Origin: Macrostomum lignano
Taxonomy: Eukaryota
Reading direction: 5' to 3'
Assembly (NCBI GenBank): GCA_002269645.1
Contig: NIVC01000052.1
Location: forward strand, 819,258-883,257
DNA: 64,000 nucleotides
Positions 9,790 through 22,962 of this stretch are shown here, one piece after another (within the stretch, counting starts at the first letter, position 1; every line of letters starts with the position of its first letter). A model generated the notes under the pieces. It did not search any database and was not told the origin of the DNA. It was given only the letters and a program-made list of their open reading frames with translations. A program made the position numbers and the translations under genes.

Positions 9790-11670
9790 TGCAGTAATCC
9801 TTGGCTTATCAAGTGCAATAATCCTTGGTTTATCAATTACAATATTCCTTATTATCAAAGTGCGATAATCCTTGGCTTATCAAGTGCAATAATCCATGAC
9901 TTATCAAGCGCAGTAATCCTTGGTTTATCAAGTGCAGTAATCCTTGGTTTATCAAGTGCAGTTGGTTTATCAAGTGCAATAATCTTTGGTTTATCAAGTG
10001 CAATAATTTCTAGTTTATCAAGTGCAGTAATCCTTGGTTTATCAAGTGCAGTAATCCTTGGTTTATCAAGTGCAGTAATCCTTGGTTTATCAAGTGCAGT
10101 TGGTTTATCAAGTGCAATGATCTTTGGTTTATCAAGTGCAATAATTTCTAGTTTATCAAGTGCAGTAATCCTTGGTTTATCAAGTGCGATAATCATTGGC
10201 TTATCAAGTGCAATAATCCATGACTTATCAAGCGCAGTAATCCTTGGTTTATCAAGTGCAGTAATCCTTGGTTTATCAAGTGCAGTTGGTTTATCAAGTG
10301 CAATAATCTTTGGTTTATCAAGTGCAATAATTTCTAGTTTATCAAGTGCAGTAATCCTTGGTTTATCAAGTGCAGTAATCCTTGGTTTATCAAGTGCAGT
10401 AATCCTTGGTTTATCAAGTGCAGTAATCCTTGGTTTATCAAGTGCAGTTGGTTTATCAAGTGCAATGATCTTTGGTTTATCAAGTGCAATAATTTCTAGT
10501 TTATCAAGTGCAGTAATCCTTGGTTTATCAAGTGCGATAATCATTGGCTTATCAAGTGCAATAATCCATGACTTATCAAGCGCAGTAATCCTTGGTTTAT
10601 CAAGTGCAGTAATCCTTGGTTTATCAAGTGCAGTTGGTTTATCAAGTGCAATAATCTTTGGTTTATCAAGGGCAATAATTTCTAGTTTATCAAGTGCAGT
10701 AATCCTTGGCTTATCAAGTGCAATAATCCATGACTTATCAAGTGCAGTAATCCTTGGTTTATCAAGTGCGATAATCCTTGGCTTATCAAGTGCAATAATC
10801 CATGACTTATCAAGCGCAGTAATCCTTGGTTTATCAAGTGCAGTAATCCTTGGTTTATCAAGTGCAGTAATCCTTGGTTTATCAAGTGCAGTAATCCTTG
10901 GTTTATCAAGTGCAGTTGGTTTATCAAGTGCAATAATCTTTGGTTTATCAAGTGCAATAATTTCTAGTTTATCAAGTGCAATAATCCTTGGTTTATCAAG
11001 TGCAGTAATCCTTGGTTTATCAAGTGCAGTAATCCTTGGTTTATCAAGTGCAGTTGGTTTATCAAGTGCAATGATCTTTGGTTTATCAAGTGCAATAATT
11101 TCTAGTTTATCAAGTGCAGTAATCCTTGGTTTATCAAGTGCGATAATCATTGGCTTATCAAGTGCAATAATCCATGACTTATCAAGCGCAGTAATCCTTG
11201 GTTTATCAAGTGCAGTAATCCTTGGTTTATCAAGTGCAGTTGGTTTATCAAGTGCAATAATCTTTGGTTTATCAAGGGCAATAATTTCTAGTTTATCAAG
11301 TGCAGTAATCCTTGGCTTATCAAGTGCAATAATCCATGACTTATCAAGTGCAGTAATCCTTGGTTTATCAAGTGCGATAATCCTTGGCTTATCAAGTGCA
11401 ATAATCCATGACTTATCAAGCGCAGTAATCCTTGGTTTATCAAGTGCAGTAATCCTTGGTTTATCAAGTGCAGTAATCCTTGGTTTATCAAGTGCAGTAA
11501 TCCTTGGTTTATCAAGTGCAGTTGGTTTATCAAGTGCAATAATCTTTGGTTTATCAAGTGCAATAATTTCTAGTTTATCAAGTGCAGTAATCCTTGGTTT
11601 ATCAAGTGCAATAATCCTTGGTTTATCAAGTGCAATAATCCTTGGCTTATCAAGTGCAATAATCCTTGGT
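9790..11670. repeat. 24-bp minisatellite (TTATCAAGTGCAGTAATCCTTGGT)n with 18-bp variants and a 606-bp higher-order repeat
   Basis: Diagnostic variants recur at 10465/11071 and about 10672/11278. Confidence 0.95.
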
Positions 11671-12933
11671 TCATCTTGTGCCATAATCCAGGTCTTTTTA
11701 ATTAGTCCTTTAATAAAAGCTTTCAATGAAAAAATTTATGCTACTTTTATTTTTTATTTTACACTACTAAGATCGAACCCAAGTCGCTGCATTAGCAGTC
11801 CAATCTGTTCACCTCTATTCTAGCTCTCATTGAAATTATAACGGAATTTGTAGCAAGAGCCTGCGCTACAATCTGGAACAATTCTTCTCAAGCAAGACTA
11901 CTAAGACCTAATCATAATGGCTAACACTGTGTTGACCTGCCATGAACTTGCAGATTCGGTGGCCGTATAGTCCAAAGCTCAGTCTTGCACCGAAATGAGG
12001 TCTTATAATACAGACTCTATTGCACAGTGTCGAGTGCGGACATTCAAAGAGTATTAGGGGTACAGAACTCAGCTTACCGTAGAACTTGCGTCACTGTGAT
12101 GCAATCTGTCTCTCGGCTTGCGTTAGTGAAACCAGATCATCCAGAAGGCGATGTAATATAAATAAAACTCCTTACGTTGCGGCGGGTGTCAGATTAGTCA
12201 CGACTTTTATTGCTAATCTCAGCCCGCGCACTCTACCCTGCTGCAAGGACGAATAAAGTAACGTATATACTTAAGTAGCCCTGCCCTGCTGTTGCCGAGC
12301 AGTTCTAATCGACCCCAACAATTTCTCACTTCCTGTCGAAGTACAGACAGTGTGAATTCAACAACCTCCGCACTCCGAGACCCTCAGCTCATGTTGGAAG
12401 TAATATCAGAGATTTCCCCTAAGTTCTGTTGCTATGACAGCTGTTACTAAACAGCTGTTACTTATGGAGAAGTCGATAGAAATCCTCTTCCTGTCCCCTC
12501 ACACCCCCACCCCCCACAAGAACGCCTACATCCCAGACGTTAGCTTGTGGCTGCTGTGATTTCCTCTCGGGTTTACTGGGTGAGAACTCTTGAGCTCAAG
12601 GTTTGAACTTGTGTGCCAAAATTTCTTACTTGGCAAAGTGCTAGCGAACTTAACCGTTTCTGCCTACTTCTGTCTCCCGCAATACTAGGCAAAAAAATTT
12701 TTCGCCAAGGTATACCTGGGTGCAGCACTAGGTACGAATACACGGTGTTCGTAAGTCTGGCAGTGCGCGCGCACGAGTGATTTAATTAATCCCCAGCGGC
12801 CCCAGAAAAGTCAATTCGGATGATGCAGTTGGCAAACAAATGCGATGCCCGCAGTGTTTGCTCTGGCTGGGAGCTGCGGCTGGTCAGACAGAACTGACTT
12901 CTGTGATTATCGCTGCAGTTATAAGATAGCAAA

Positions 12934-12994
12934 ATGGCAGAAAATGCTGATTTCCCTTGCGAGAGACTGCTCACCGGACAGAAGATCGGACAAG
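12934..12994 (+). CDS. TRP-like channel, putative exon 1 ([20 protein letters not shown])
   Basis: ATG at 12934 and donor CAAG|gtacag in phase 1. It joins in frame to 13806 (G+AC = Asp). The four exons total 1872 nt = 623 aa plus stop. Confidence 0.5.
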
Positions 12995-13025
12995 GTACAG
13001 TGCATCGGCACAAGGTGATATACTA

Positions 13026-13805
<780 letters not shown>

Positions 13806-13807
<2 letters not shown>

Positions 13808-14302
13808 TCCGAGCAGAAGCGCCGAGTCCCCATGCCGGAGCACCTGCAGCCAGACGCCAAGTCGGCGGTCACCGCCGCAGTTCGAGCCGACAACGCTGAG
13901 CTGCTGTCGCAGCTGCTGAGTGAGCACGGCCTGGAGGCGGCTCTCGCGACCGACTTCGACTCGGACTTTGCCGCCAAGCTCTCCAAAGTCGAGGACGCCG
14001 ACTCGCTGCAGGAATTCAACGACCAGTGGAAATTTCAGCTGCACATCTCCCGGCTAACCAGCCAGTGCGTTGTCAACGGCGCGTCTCGCTGCTTTAACCT
14101 GGTTGCTAAGCTGTTGCTCAGCGAAGGTCGGCAAGCTTTTCTAGGCCAACAGTTGGAGCGCAACGGAGACAGCGTTTTGCATGTGGCGGCCAGATTAGTC
14201 GAGTCTGGCGAGATCAACTCAGAAGACTCAGCGGGGGAGTCTCGTATGCTCAAATTCTTGGATACCATCGAGGCGGAGGTGCGGCGGAGCGAAGCGTTTC
14301 AG
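13806..14302 (+). CDS. TRP-like channel exon 2 (ankyrin-like region)
   Basis: Ankyrin motif [12 protein letters not shown]. Donor TTTCAG|gtaaat, phase 0. The acceptor is the last CAG of the (GACA)n array. Confidence 0.75.
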
Positions 14303-14439
14303 GTAAATTTATGCTTGGCTGACTACTAAACGTAGACACGAACCTGCCCAAAGATATCAGTAGTCACAGCCGACTTTGATAAATAAAATTCATGTAACTC
14401 AACTACAACACCAAACATCTTCCTAAGTTCCTTATAGTG

Positions 14440-15070
14440 CATGATTTACCTTAATTACAGTGCATGATGTACCTTCATTACAGTACATCATGTACCTTAA
14501 TTACAGTACATCATGTACCTTAATTACAGTGCATGATGTACCTTCATTACAGTGCATGATGTACCTTCATTACAGTACATCATGTACCTTCATTACAGTA
14601 CATCATGTACCTTAATTACAGTGCATGATGTACCTTCATTACAGTACATCATGTACCTTCATTACAGTGCATTATGTGCCTTCATTACAGTGCATCATGT
14701 ACCTTCATTACAGAGCATCATGTGCCTTCATTACAGTGCATCATGTGCCTTCATTACAGAGCATCATGTACCTTCATTACAGTGCATCATGTACGAGTAC
14801 CTTCATTACAGTGCATCATGTGCCTTCATTACAGTGCATTATGTGCCTTCATTACAGTGCATCATGTACCTTCATTACAGAGCATCATGTGCCTTCATTA
14901 CAGTGCATCATGTACCTTCATTACAGAGCATCATGTACCTTCATTACAGTGCATCATGTACGAGTACCTTCATTACAGTGCATCATGTACGAGTACCTTC
15001 ATTACAGTGCATCATGTACGAGTACCTTCATTACAGAGCATCATGTACCTTCATTACAGTGCATCATGTG
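14440..15070. repeat. 23-bp minisatellite (TTACAGTGCATCATGTACCTTCA)n in TRP intron 2
   Basis: Read directly. Confidence 0.93.
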
Positions 15071-15135
15071 CTCGCCAACAGCACCCAAGCATCCACCTAC
15101 TGCTCAATGTTGCTCCTTTAAACCATAAACCGCAG

Positions 15136-15716
15136 GCGATGTTCTCGCATCGAAATGTCGATCAGGAGCTGCCGCTGATGCTGGCGGACTTCAGCCAGGC
15201 CTACTCACTGTTCAGCTGGCTGCTGGACTCCGACACCGCCATCTGCCGAGAGCTCCATTGTGACGACAGACGCCGGCTTGTCGAGATTCGTCTGGACACC
15301 AGCGGGCAGCTGGACTTCGAGTACCTGGCCTGGGTTCCCGTTGTCTTCAACATCGAATATCTGGCCGGCTATCACCGCGGCTGCTCCCAGTCGCTGGTGC
15401 TGGCAGTGCTGGGTCAGCGCCTGACCAGCAGACACCGGTGGCAGCACCTGGCCTCGGTGATTTGGGACCTCAGCCTGCTCGTCTGTCTGCACTTTGCCGC
15501 CGCCTTCGGAGTCAGCCAACTGATGGTGGACGCATCGGCAAGCGGGCGCCTTCGGCCGGGAGTTTCAGCGGCCGCCTGGTTCATGGTGGCCGTCAGTTTG
15601 TCGGTAGACTGTCTTGACGCTGTTTCGGTTGCTCGGCAGGTGTTTGTTGCGGTGCGGAAGTTTCGACGCGGTTCAGAGTACACCCCGGTGGTGCCGGCTG
15701 CGGCTGACAGGCCAGC
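15136..15716 (+). CDS. TRP-like channel exon 3 (pre-S1, S1, S2)
   Basis: ccgcag|GCG acceptor in phase 0 and two hydrophobic helices. Donor CCAGC|gtaagg in phase 2 matches the next acceptor. Confidence 0.8.
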
Positions 15717-15904
15717 GTAAGGCCTGAACTGGGACCTGAAAGGAATCTCCTGCTAGCTCACTGTCTAAAAAGAGTCTCAGACAGGTAGAAGTGAGATAGG
15801 TTATTTAGAAGCATATTGCGCGCCAAGCTTGAAGGCATTCAGACAACTTACGGACAGTCAAACAGTTTGATCAGGTCCTTAAAACTTTCACCTCAAACTT
15901 GCAG

Positions 15905-16637
15905 ACAGAAGGCAGCAGAGGCTCTGCTCTACTGCTGCAGCAGTGAGCCAGTGAGCAACGTGGCCTTCAGCCGGCTGGCGAACAGCGTCGGAGTCGCCTT
16001 CCTCGCTGCCGGACTCGCCTGGGACGATGGAAATCCGAACCACGCGATGGTTCGCAACAGCCTCATCGCCTGGTCCAGCTGCCTGCAGCTTCTGCACGTC
16101 ATCAGTGTGTTTCTGTACGTGCCCGGACTGGGCTATTACATTCTGATGATGGTCAAACAGGTGAAGCTCACCTGCCTTGGTGCCTCTTTCGTGCTGCCGG
16201 TTCTGGCGACATTTCAGCTGATCGCCGGCCTCGCGGACAGCGGCATCCGGGATCTCAGAATCTTCGACGCGTACGAATTCCTCATGGGAGTGAGATCGTT
16301 CACCGTTGAGGCTCAGGCCGCCAAAAACTCTACGGCACCTGACAGCCATCGTGAGCTCGAATCCGTCAGGGTGTCCTTCCGCCTGCTGAGCACCTTGCTC
16401 TACAGCACCACGGCGATTGTGATGCTCAACTTTCTGATCGGCGTCATGTCCAAGCTGGTGTCGGACACCTACGATTATCGGGAAACCATGCGACAGCTCA
16501 ACCTGCTGCACAAGAGCTTCATTATGGAGTCCAGGTGGCAACTGCTTGAGTCTGTGCTGCCAGAACGCCTGAGTAAGCGGCTGCGCAAGATGGAGGAGCC
16601 AGTTGTCGTTGTGCAGATGCGGAGCACTCCTGCTTAA
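15905..16637 (+). CDS. TRP-like channel last exon (S3-S6, pore, post-S6 helix)
   Basis: ttgcag|A acceptor in phase 2. S4-S5 linker VPGLGYYILMM, pore YEFLMG, and S6 MLNFLIGVM resembling TRP LxNLLIA/G. Confidence 0.8.
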
Positions 16638-17038
16638 TGACTGAATATCAGCTGGACATTGATGCTGAATTTGATTAGACGTCCGATTTGTCTGATCGAA
16701 GTGCAAAGATCAGAGATCGAATTCTTTTGCCGTTTTCATTGCGCAGAAATAAAAGTAAAAGTTAATAAGCTAAGTATGCACAACTTCTGCCTTGGATACC
16801 AGGGGGTTCATGCTATCGCTTTCTGTTCGGCTCGCTGCCCAAAATCTGCGAGCTCAGAAAAGCTCAATTGATTAGATAAGAATCGGTGGTTTGAAGGCGA
16901 ACTCAGACTTTTTATGTGGGGTCTCTCGGCCTTTAAATTGTGGCAGAATCACCTGTGAAGCCAAGCAGTTAAAAACTACTTTTGAAAGAAGCCCCGTTCG
17001 TTCTCAGAAACTCTGCTGGCATAGCAGGCCGTTTAAGC

Positions 17039-17910
17039 ATGGATTCGCTGCTCAACTGGTGGGCGAAGAGCCCGAAGACCGTCACCTTTGTGGCCTCTGG
17101 CGCTGTCGCCGTCTGTCTCTGGGCCACTGCTCGAGTTGTTCGCCGCAGGCGGACGGGTCCTCGGTGGCCAACTATGAGAAGGACAAGGTGTACATGTTCA
17201 ACTTTCCCAGCTGTCGCACCATCGTCAGCGTGTCCCCGTTCGGCCTCAAACTGGAGACGTGGCTCCGGCTGCACAAGATCCCGCACACGGTGACGCGCAA
17301 GATAATGGTGTGGAGCCAGAAAGGCCAAATCCCGTTCGTGGAGCTCAACGGTCAGGAGTACAACGAGTCCAATCTCATCATCGCCAAGCTCACTGAGCAC
17401 TTTGGCGTGAAGGATAACCTCACGGATGAGCAGGAAGGCCTGGCCAGAGGTCTGGAGATGATGCTCGAGAATCAGACGGTCTATTCCTACTTCTATTACC
17501 GCTACGTTGAGGACGTGGTCAACTTCATCAACACCTGGGAGTTCTGCGGCTACCTGCTGCGCCAGTTTCTGTATTTCACTTTCCCGAGGGGCTACGGAAA
17601 GAAGGTGTTCTACCACGGCATCGGGCGCAACTCGGTGGCCGAGATGTACGACATGGGCTTCCAGGACATCATGGCCCTGTCGAGAGCCCTCGGCAACAAG
17701 CAGTTCCTGTTCGGAGACGAGCCCACAACGGCTGATTGCTACGCGTTCGGCCACCTGGCCCAGATTCTCTACATCCCCATCAATTATCCGCACAAGAAGT
17801 TCATGCGGGAGAGCACCCCCAACCTGTGCGAGTACGTGGACCGCATGAAGGAGCGCTTCTGGCCCGACTGGGACAAGTTATCTCTGGAAAATTTGCAGGG
17901 ATCTCCGTGA
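17039..17910 (+). CDS. FAXC: Failed axon connections homolog (FAXC/metaxin-like GST fold) with one apparent frameshift near 17155
   Basis: N-terminal anchor MDSLLNWWAKSPKTVTFVASGAVAVCLWAT lies in one frame. SVSPFGLKLETWLR, KGQIPFVELNG and FLFGDEPTTADCYAFGHLAQ lie in another. One extra G in GGG 17155-17157 fuses them. Confidence 0.85.
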
Positions 17911-18646
17911 GCTCCGTGAGCTCCTCCGTGAGCTCCCTGCGTTATTAGCGATGCGGTCACCTGATGAACCCGCTGTCTTGCTCTGGGAGTACTGTGAACT
18001 CTGAACTTTGACGAGCAGTGCTAGGTGTGCTATGTTAGATAGGTAGACAAAAAGCAATTTTTTAACCGTCTGAACTAATGATAATCAACGAAGTTAAGAA
18101 GCGAAAAAGTTTATTTTCAAGAATTTAAACATTTTTTAAACACTGTCAATTTTCCCACAACATTTCCAGAGGCAATCGAGCCAAGAGCTCGTTCCCTCAG
18201 TAATAGCTTCACCACTGATTAAGAATGCAGCCGAGGTAAGGTACTTACTCAGCTAGGGAGTGCGAGGTCAGGATCGAGTGAGCATGCATAATACGTCGCT
18301 GGCAAGCAGGCAGTAAAGCTTAAAAATATCCGAGAACAATAATGTGATTCTGGTTGCTTTGAAACGACTTCGGCAATACTTGGGACACTGTCTGGACTCT
18401 GATTGGCTGAGGCCAGTCAATAAGGGTAAGGGAACTGAAAATAGTGGAGTTGGGGTGGGTGTCCCCGCGATTGGATGACGTGGCGCTCTTTCATTGGTGA
18501 GTAAAACAGTGAACGGCAAAAAAATATTTTAAGCTAGTAGAGAGTACAAATGAGAGAAACCTATGCAATTAGCGAGTGTTTCACCAGCACTATATGGCTA
18601 TATCGATGACAGTAGAGACTGGGGAGGCAAAGAAAGGTGGAAACTT

Positions 18647-19044
18647 TCACAGATCGGTCTCAGCTGGGGCTCCAGGGCCGGCCAGCAGCGGCTGCGAGTG
18701 CCTGGCGCAGGCCCGGCGTTGCTTGGAGGCCGCGGCGTCCTCGCCGTCTCTCGCTGGCCGCAGGTGCAGCCGCTTCTTCCAGTAGGCCTTGCCCAGCTTC
18801 TGCGAGTGCGTGGCCTGAGAGGCGCCCTCGCTAACCAGCTTCTTCATCTTTTTCACCTTGCCTCCAGCGAAGCTGTTCACCTTGGCTAGCAGGGCCTTGG
18901 TGGCGTACTCCTGCACTGAGTTCCTGGACACGTGCACGATCTGGGAGTGGGAGTAGTACAGCATGAAGTGGTTCACCAGGATTGGCACCGTGAAGGCGAT
19001 CAGCAGCAGACCGCTGAGGGCGCAGGCGGAGCCGACGATGCGAC
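18647..19044 (-). CDS. Shaw/Kv3-like K+ channel, last exon (S6 and C-terminus)
   Basis: cccgcag|GT acceptor in phase 1. Reads GRIVGSACALSGLLLIAFTVPILVNHFMLYYS, with TGA at 18647-18649. Confidence 0.9.
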
Positions 19045-19074
19045 CTGCGGGTGAGTGAGATTGGATGAGACCCT

Positions 19075-19500
19075 GTGAGACTAGTGAGTACCGGTTAGAG
19101 CTGGGTTACATTGGTGAGTACCGGTTAGAGGTGGGTGACACCGGTGAGTACCGCTTTGAGATGGGTGACACCGGTGAGTACCGATTTGAGGTAGGTGACA
19201 CCGGTGAGTACCGGTTTGAGGTAGGTGACACCGGTGAGTACCGATTTGAGGTAGGTGACACCGGTGAGTACCGGTTTGAGGTAGGTGACACCGGTGAGTA
19301 CCGCTTTGAGATGGGTGACACCGGTGAGTACCACTTTGAGATGGGTGACACCGGTGAGTACCGGTTTGAGGTAGGTTACACCGGTGAGTACCGCTTTGAG
19401 ATGGGTGACACCGGTAAGTACCGCTTTGAGATGGGTGACACCGGTGAGTACCACTTTGAGGTGGGTGACACCGGTGAGTACCGGTTTGAGCTGGGTGAAA
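19075..19500. repeat. 30-bp minisatellite (GTGAGTACCGGTTTGAGGTAGGTGACACCG)n in a Kv intron
   Basis: About 14 copies. Confidence 0.93.
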
Positions 19501-20159
19501 TCGAGTATTGATGAGAACCGTGACTGCCAGTTCAAAATGGGCGACAATGTTTTTCAGCAACTTGGATTGCCATCTGGGGCAATAAATTTCGGTGCATATC
19601 GAGACACTCTTGCATCTGCACTCTTATTCACAACGGCAAAAAACTTGTTCCTCAGTGGTTCCGGAGAGGAAGAGCCCTACCTTGCCTCTCCGAATGCAAA
19701 TCGGAGGTTAGAGAGGAGGGGTTAAAATGTTAAAACACAACGCGGTCGCGCGCCTGTTGCCTATCGCGCTGTCATGAAGTGCCGTAGAAACTGTCCCCCC
19801 TCCCAACGCCGATGCGAAAACGAATGCGCGGATTGGCTTCTATCGCTAGTCTTGAAATGCTTGTTCTTTTCCTGTCCTGTTGCCTCAGCCCCCTGGTCTA
19901 ACGCTACCGTTTCTGTCTTCGAAGTACACGCCTCGCAGATGCTTGTTAAACCACGGGGGGCTTGACGCGGATTCCCTGTTGGACTGAAAATCCCACCGCT
20001 CTTGACAGTCGAGGCAACCAAAGAGGATTCGACTGCTGCTGTTCCACTGGCCCCAAGGGAAGCCTTGTAAACTTTGGCCTCCCAGGTTTTACAAATCCGA
20101 CATGGGACAGGAGGCTGGGACTGTCACGATTGCCAGTGCTGCCCTGCTGAAGAGTGCAA

Positions 20160-20810
20160 TAATGGATTGCTAATCTAGCCAACACGGTTGGAGGAACAGA
20201 ATGGATTGCTAATCTAGCTACCAAAACTAATTGGATTGCTAATATAGCCAACACGGTTAAAGGAACAGAATGGATTGCTAATCTAGCTACCAAAACTAAA
20301 TGGATTGCTAATCTAGCTACCAAAACTAAATGGATTGCTAATCTAGCTACCAAAACTAATTGGATTGCTAATCTAGCCAACACGGTTGAAGGAACAGAAT
20401 GGATTGCTAATCTAGCTACCAAAACTAAATGGATTGCTAATCTAGCTACCAAAACTAAATGGATTGCTAATCTAGCTACCAAAACTAAATGGATTGCTAA
20501 TCTAGCTACCAAAACTAAATGGATTGCTAATCTAGCTACCAAAACTTAATTTATTGCTAATCTAGCTACCAAAACTGAATGGATTGCTAATCTAGCTACC
20601 AAAACTAAATGGATTGCTAATCTAGCTACTAAAACTGAATGGATTGCTAATCTAGCTACCAAAACTAAATGGATTGCTAATCCAGCTACCAAAACTAAAT
20701 GGATTGCTAATCTAGCTACCAAAACTGAATGGATTGCTAATCCAGCTACCAAAACTAAATGGATTGCTAATCTAGCTACCAAAACTGAATGGATTGCTAA
20801 TCTAGCTAAA
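20160..20810. repeat. 30-bp minisatellite (ATGGATTGCTAATCTAGCTACCAAAACTAA)n in a Kv intron
   Basis: Read directly. Confidence 0.93.
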
Positions 20811-21213
20811 AAAACTGAATGGGGAAGTGCTGTTGGTTGTAAAAATAGCAAAAAAGCAAAACGTCAACAAAATTGAATAAAAATCCCCTTGAAATTTTTA
20901 CTGGACTGAATGCTATTCTTTATAAATTTATAAATATAAATATATTGGCCGTTGTGGTGTCTTAAATGAATTGGCTCTGACTACGTTTGTGTGACGATTT
21001 GATATCTGGTTAGCAAATCGAAGCGAGACTTGACCCGCTGCCAGTGAGGCAAGCAGTTGCATGCATTGGCCTTTCGGCTGGCCCTGAGCATGCACGCGCT
21101 CACACAGGGTGTGTACAGAGGCCCTGACTTTCTCTTATCGGCAGGTGCAAGTGGACCGCTAATCTAGGTAGCGGATTAGTTTCTTATAAAAACAGAAGGT
21201 CTCAGAGCCCGAC

Positions 21214-21508
21214 CTGAGCTGGTCTGCGGCACCAGGTCTCCGTATCCAACAGTTGTCATGGTAACCAGCGACCACCAGAAGCCGTCGAACATGGAGTTGA
21301 ACTTCGAATCGGTGTCACCTTTCTGACACTTTGAGCAGTCGACTTTTTTCTTGTCGGGCGGCGCTGTCGGGGCCAGGTGCGTCTCGCCGCCGCTGCGTGA
21401 CTTCTCGCAGAAGAAGATCAGCGTGCTGAACAGCAGGGTGCCGAGCGCCACGAACACGCCCATAAGCATGAGGTCGCGGAGCGACGTTTTCAACGTGTAG
21501 ACGAGCAC
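21214..21508 (-). CDS. Shaw/Kv3-like K+ channel exon (S5, turret, pore)
   Basis: VLVYTLKTSLRDLMLM...FWWSLVTMTTVGYGDLVP. Acceptor gcgcag|GTG and donor TCAG|gtcggg. Confidence 0.93.
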
Positions 21509-21923
21509 CTGCGCGGGCGGGAGGGTCAGAGAAGATTAGTAAAAGAACAATCAATTACAAAGAGTTGATGAAGTGCCTGTGATTTTTGGCTCCTTGGGAA
21601 GCTTTTGTACTGGTTTGGATTGAAGACTGGAAACAGACAAAATTTATTTGCGTGTCCTTCTAAAACTTTTCCACAGCAGTTGATGAAAGGCTCAATGGTG
21701 CAAGGGGCTGTCCGGGAAGTTCGGACATTTTTTAATCTCAGAACAAAAACGGAAGCAGCTGCCATCTCAACTTTGTTGCCATTTTTAAGAGGCACATTTT
21801 GGTCATTCCCCAGTCGAAAGTTATGCTTGAAAAAGCATCACAATGCCCACTGAGAATCTTACAGTGAGAGTCACAACGATTAGAAACAAACCGTTTTTAA
21901 GGTACATGGCAGAGCAGACGCAC

Positions 21924-22537
21924 CTGCAGTCCTCGATAGTGCCGACCGATTCTGAGCAGCCTGACGAACAGCGAGATCTTCAGGAAGGCGATGTACTCAG
22001 TCACCCCGAAGCTGTTAGGCTCGGAGAATTCGATGATGCCCCAGGTGAGCTTCAGCAGCTCGTTCACGTAGAACGGAAGGATGGAGAGCAGGTCGATCAC
22101 GGTGTAGGCGTTCTTGAAGTAGGCCAGCTTGTTCTTGCAGCACAGCAGACGCACCAGGAAGTCGAAGGTGAGCACGCCGAAGGCGAACCAGTCGGAGAAG
22201 ACCAGCCAATCGGCTTTGATCCGGGTCTGCGCGTCCGTGTGGTTGCCGTACCAGGAGGGGTGCTTGTTGGAGTAGAACTGGATCTCTCGCTGGGTCAGCA
22301 GCCGCTGGAACTGCTCCGACGTGCTTGCGACGAAGCTGAACACCGCGTACAGAACCGTGATGGTCAGAAGCACCGCGTACACGGTCGCCGGGAAGCCCGA
22401 CGACGGATGGTCGAGAATCTTCCAGCAGCGCCGACGCAGCGAGGCCAAGAAAGCTTTGACTCTCTGCCAGCCTGAGGGTGTTGAACTGCCTCGGTGAGTT
22501 GGATGTACAGCAGCCCCGCCTTTCTCATCCTCTGTGC
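21924..22537 (-). CDS. Shaw/Kv3-like K+ channel exon (S1-S4)
   Basis: WKILDHPSS, DFLVRL, IDLLSILPFY, FVRLLRIGRHYRGLQ. Donor CAG|gtgcgt. The phase-1 acceptor at 22537 is one of several possible sites. Confidence 0.88.
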
Positions 22538-22689
22538 CTTGGGGGTTGGCCCTAGAGGGTGTGAGTTGCCTGAGGCCATTGAGCACAAGTCCCAAATTAA
22601 TGTGGCCGGACACTGGTCGAACCAGGGTCGTAAGTTTACCACTGAGCCCCTTACATAAATGGAATTTCCAGCGCCATTTCAAGGAGGGA

Positions 22690-22925
22690 GTCGACTCATC
22701 GCTAGTCCCTGAGGGATCCGACTCATCGCTAGTCCCTGAGGGAGCCGACTCATCGCTAGTCCCTGAGGGATCCGACTCATCGCTAGTCCCTGAGGGATCC
22801 GACTCATCGCTAGTCCCTGAGGGATCCGACTCATCGCTAGTCCCTGAGGGATCCGACTCATCGCTAGTCCTTGAGGGATCCGACTCATCGCTAGTCCCTG
22901 AGGGATCCGACTCATCGCTAGTCCC
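22690..22925. repeat. 27-bp minisatellite (GACTCATCGCTAGTCCCTGAGGGATCC)n in a Kv intron
   Basis: About 9 copies. Confidence 0.93.
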
Positions 22926-22962
22926 TAGACATCCCCCTGTGCTCCGTGCCCGAAATTCTCAC

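Noticed and set aside
11820-11900. Possible LINE 3' end fragment (ARACATIWNN resembling RxxxLWNxLP)
   Set aside because: Too short and degenerate to support without a search.
19065-19511. [10 protein letters not shown]-repeat ORF and repeated GTGAGT donor motifs
   Set aside because: Intronic 30-bp minisatellite. The donor-like motifs are antisense to the host Kv gene.
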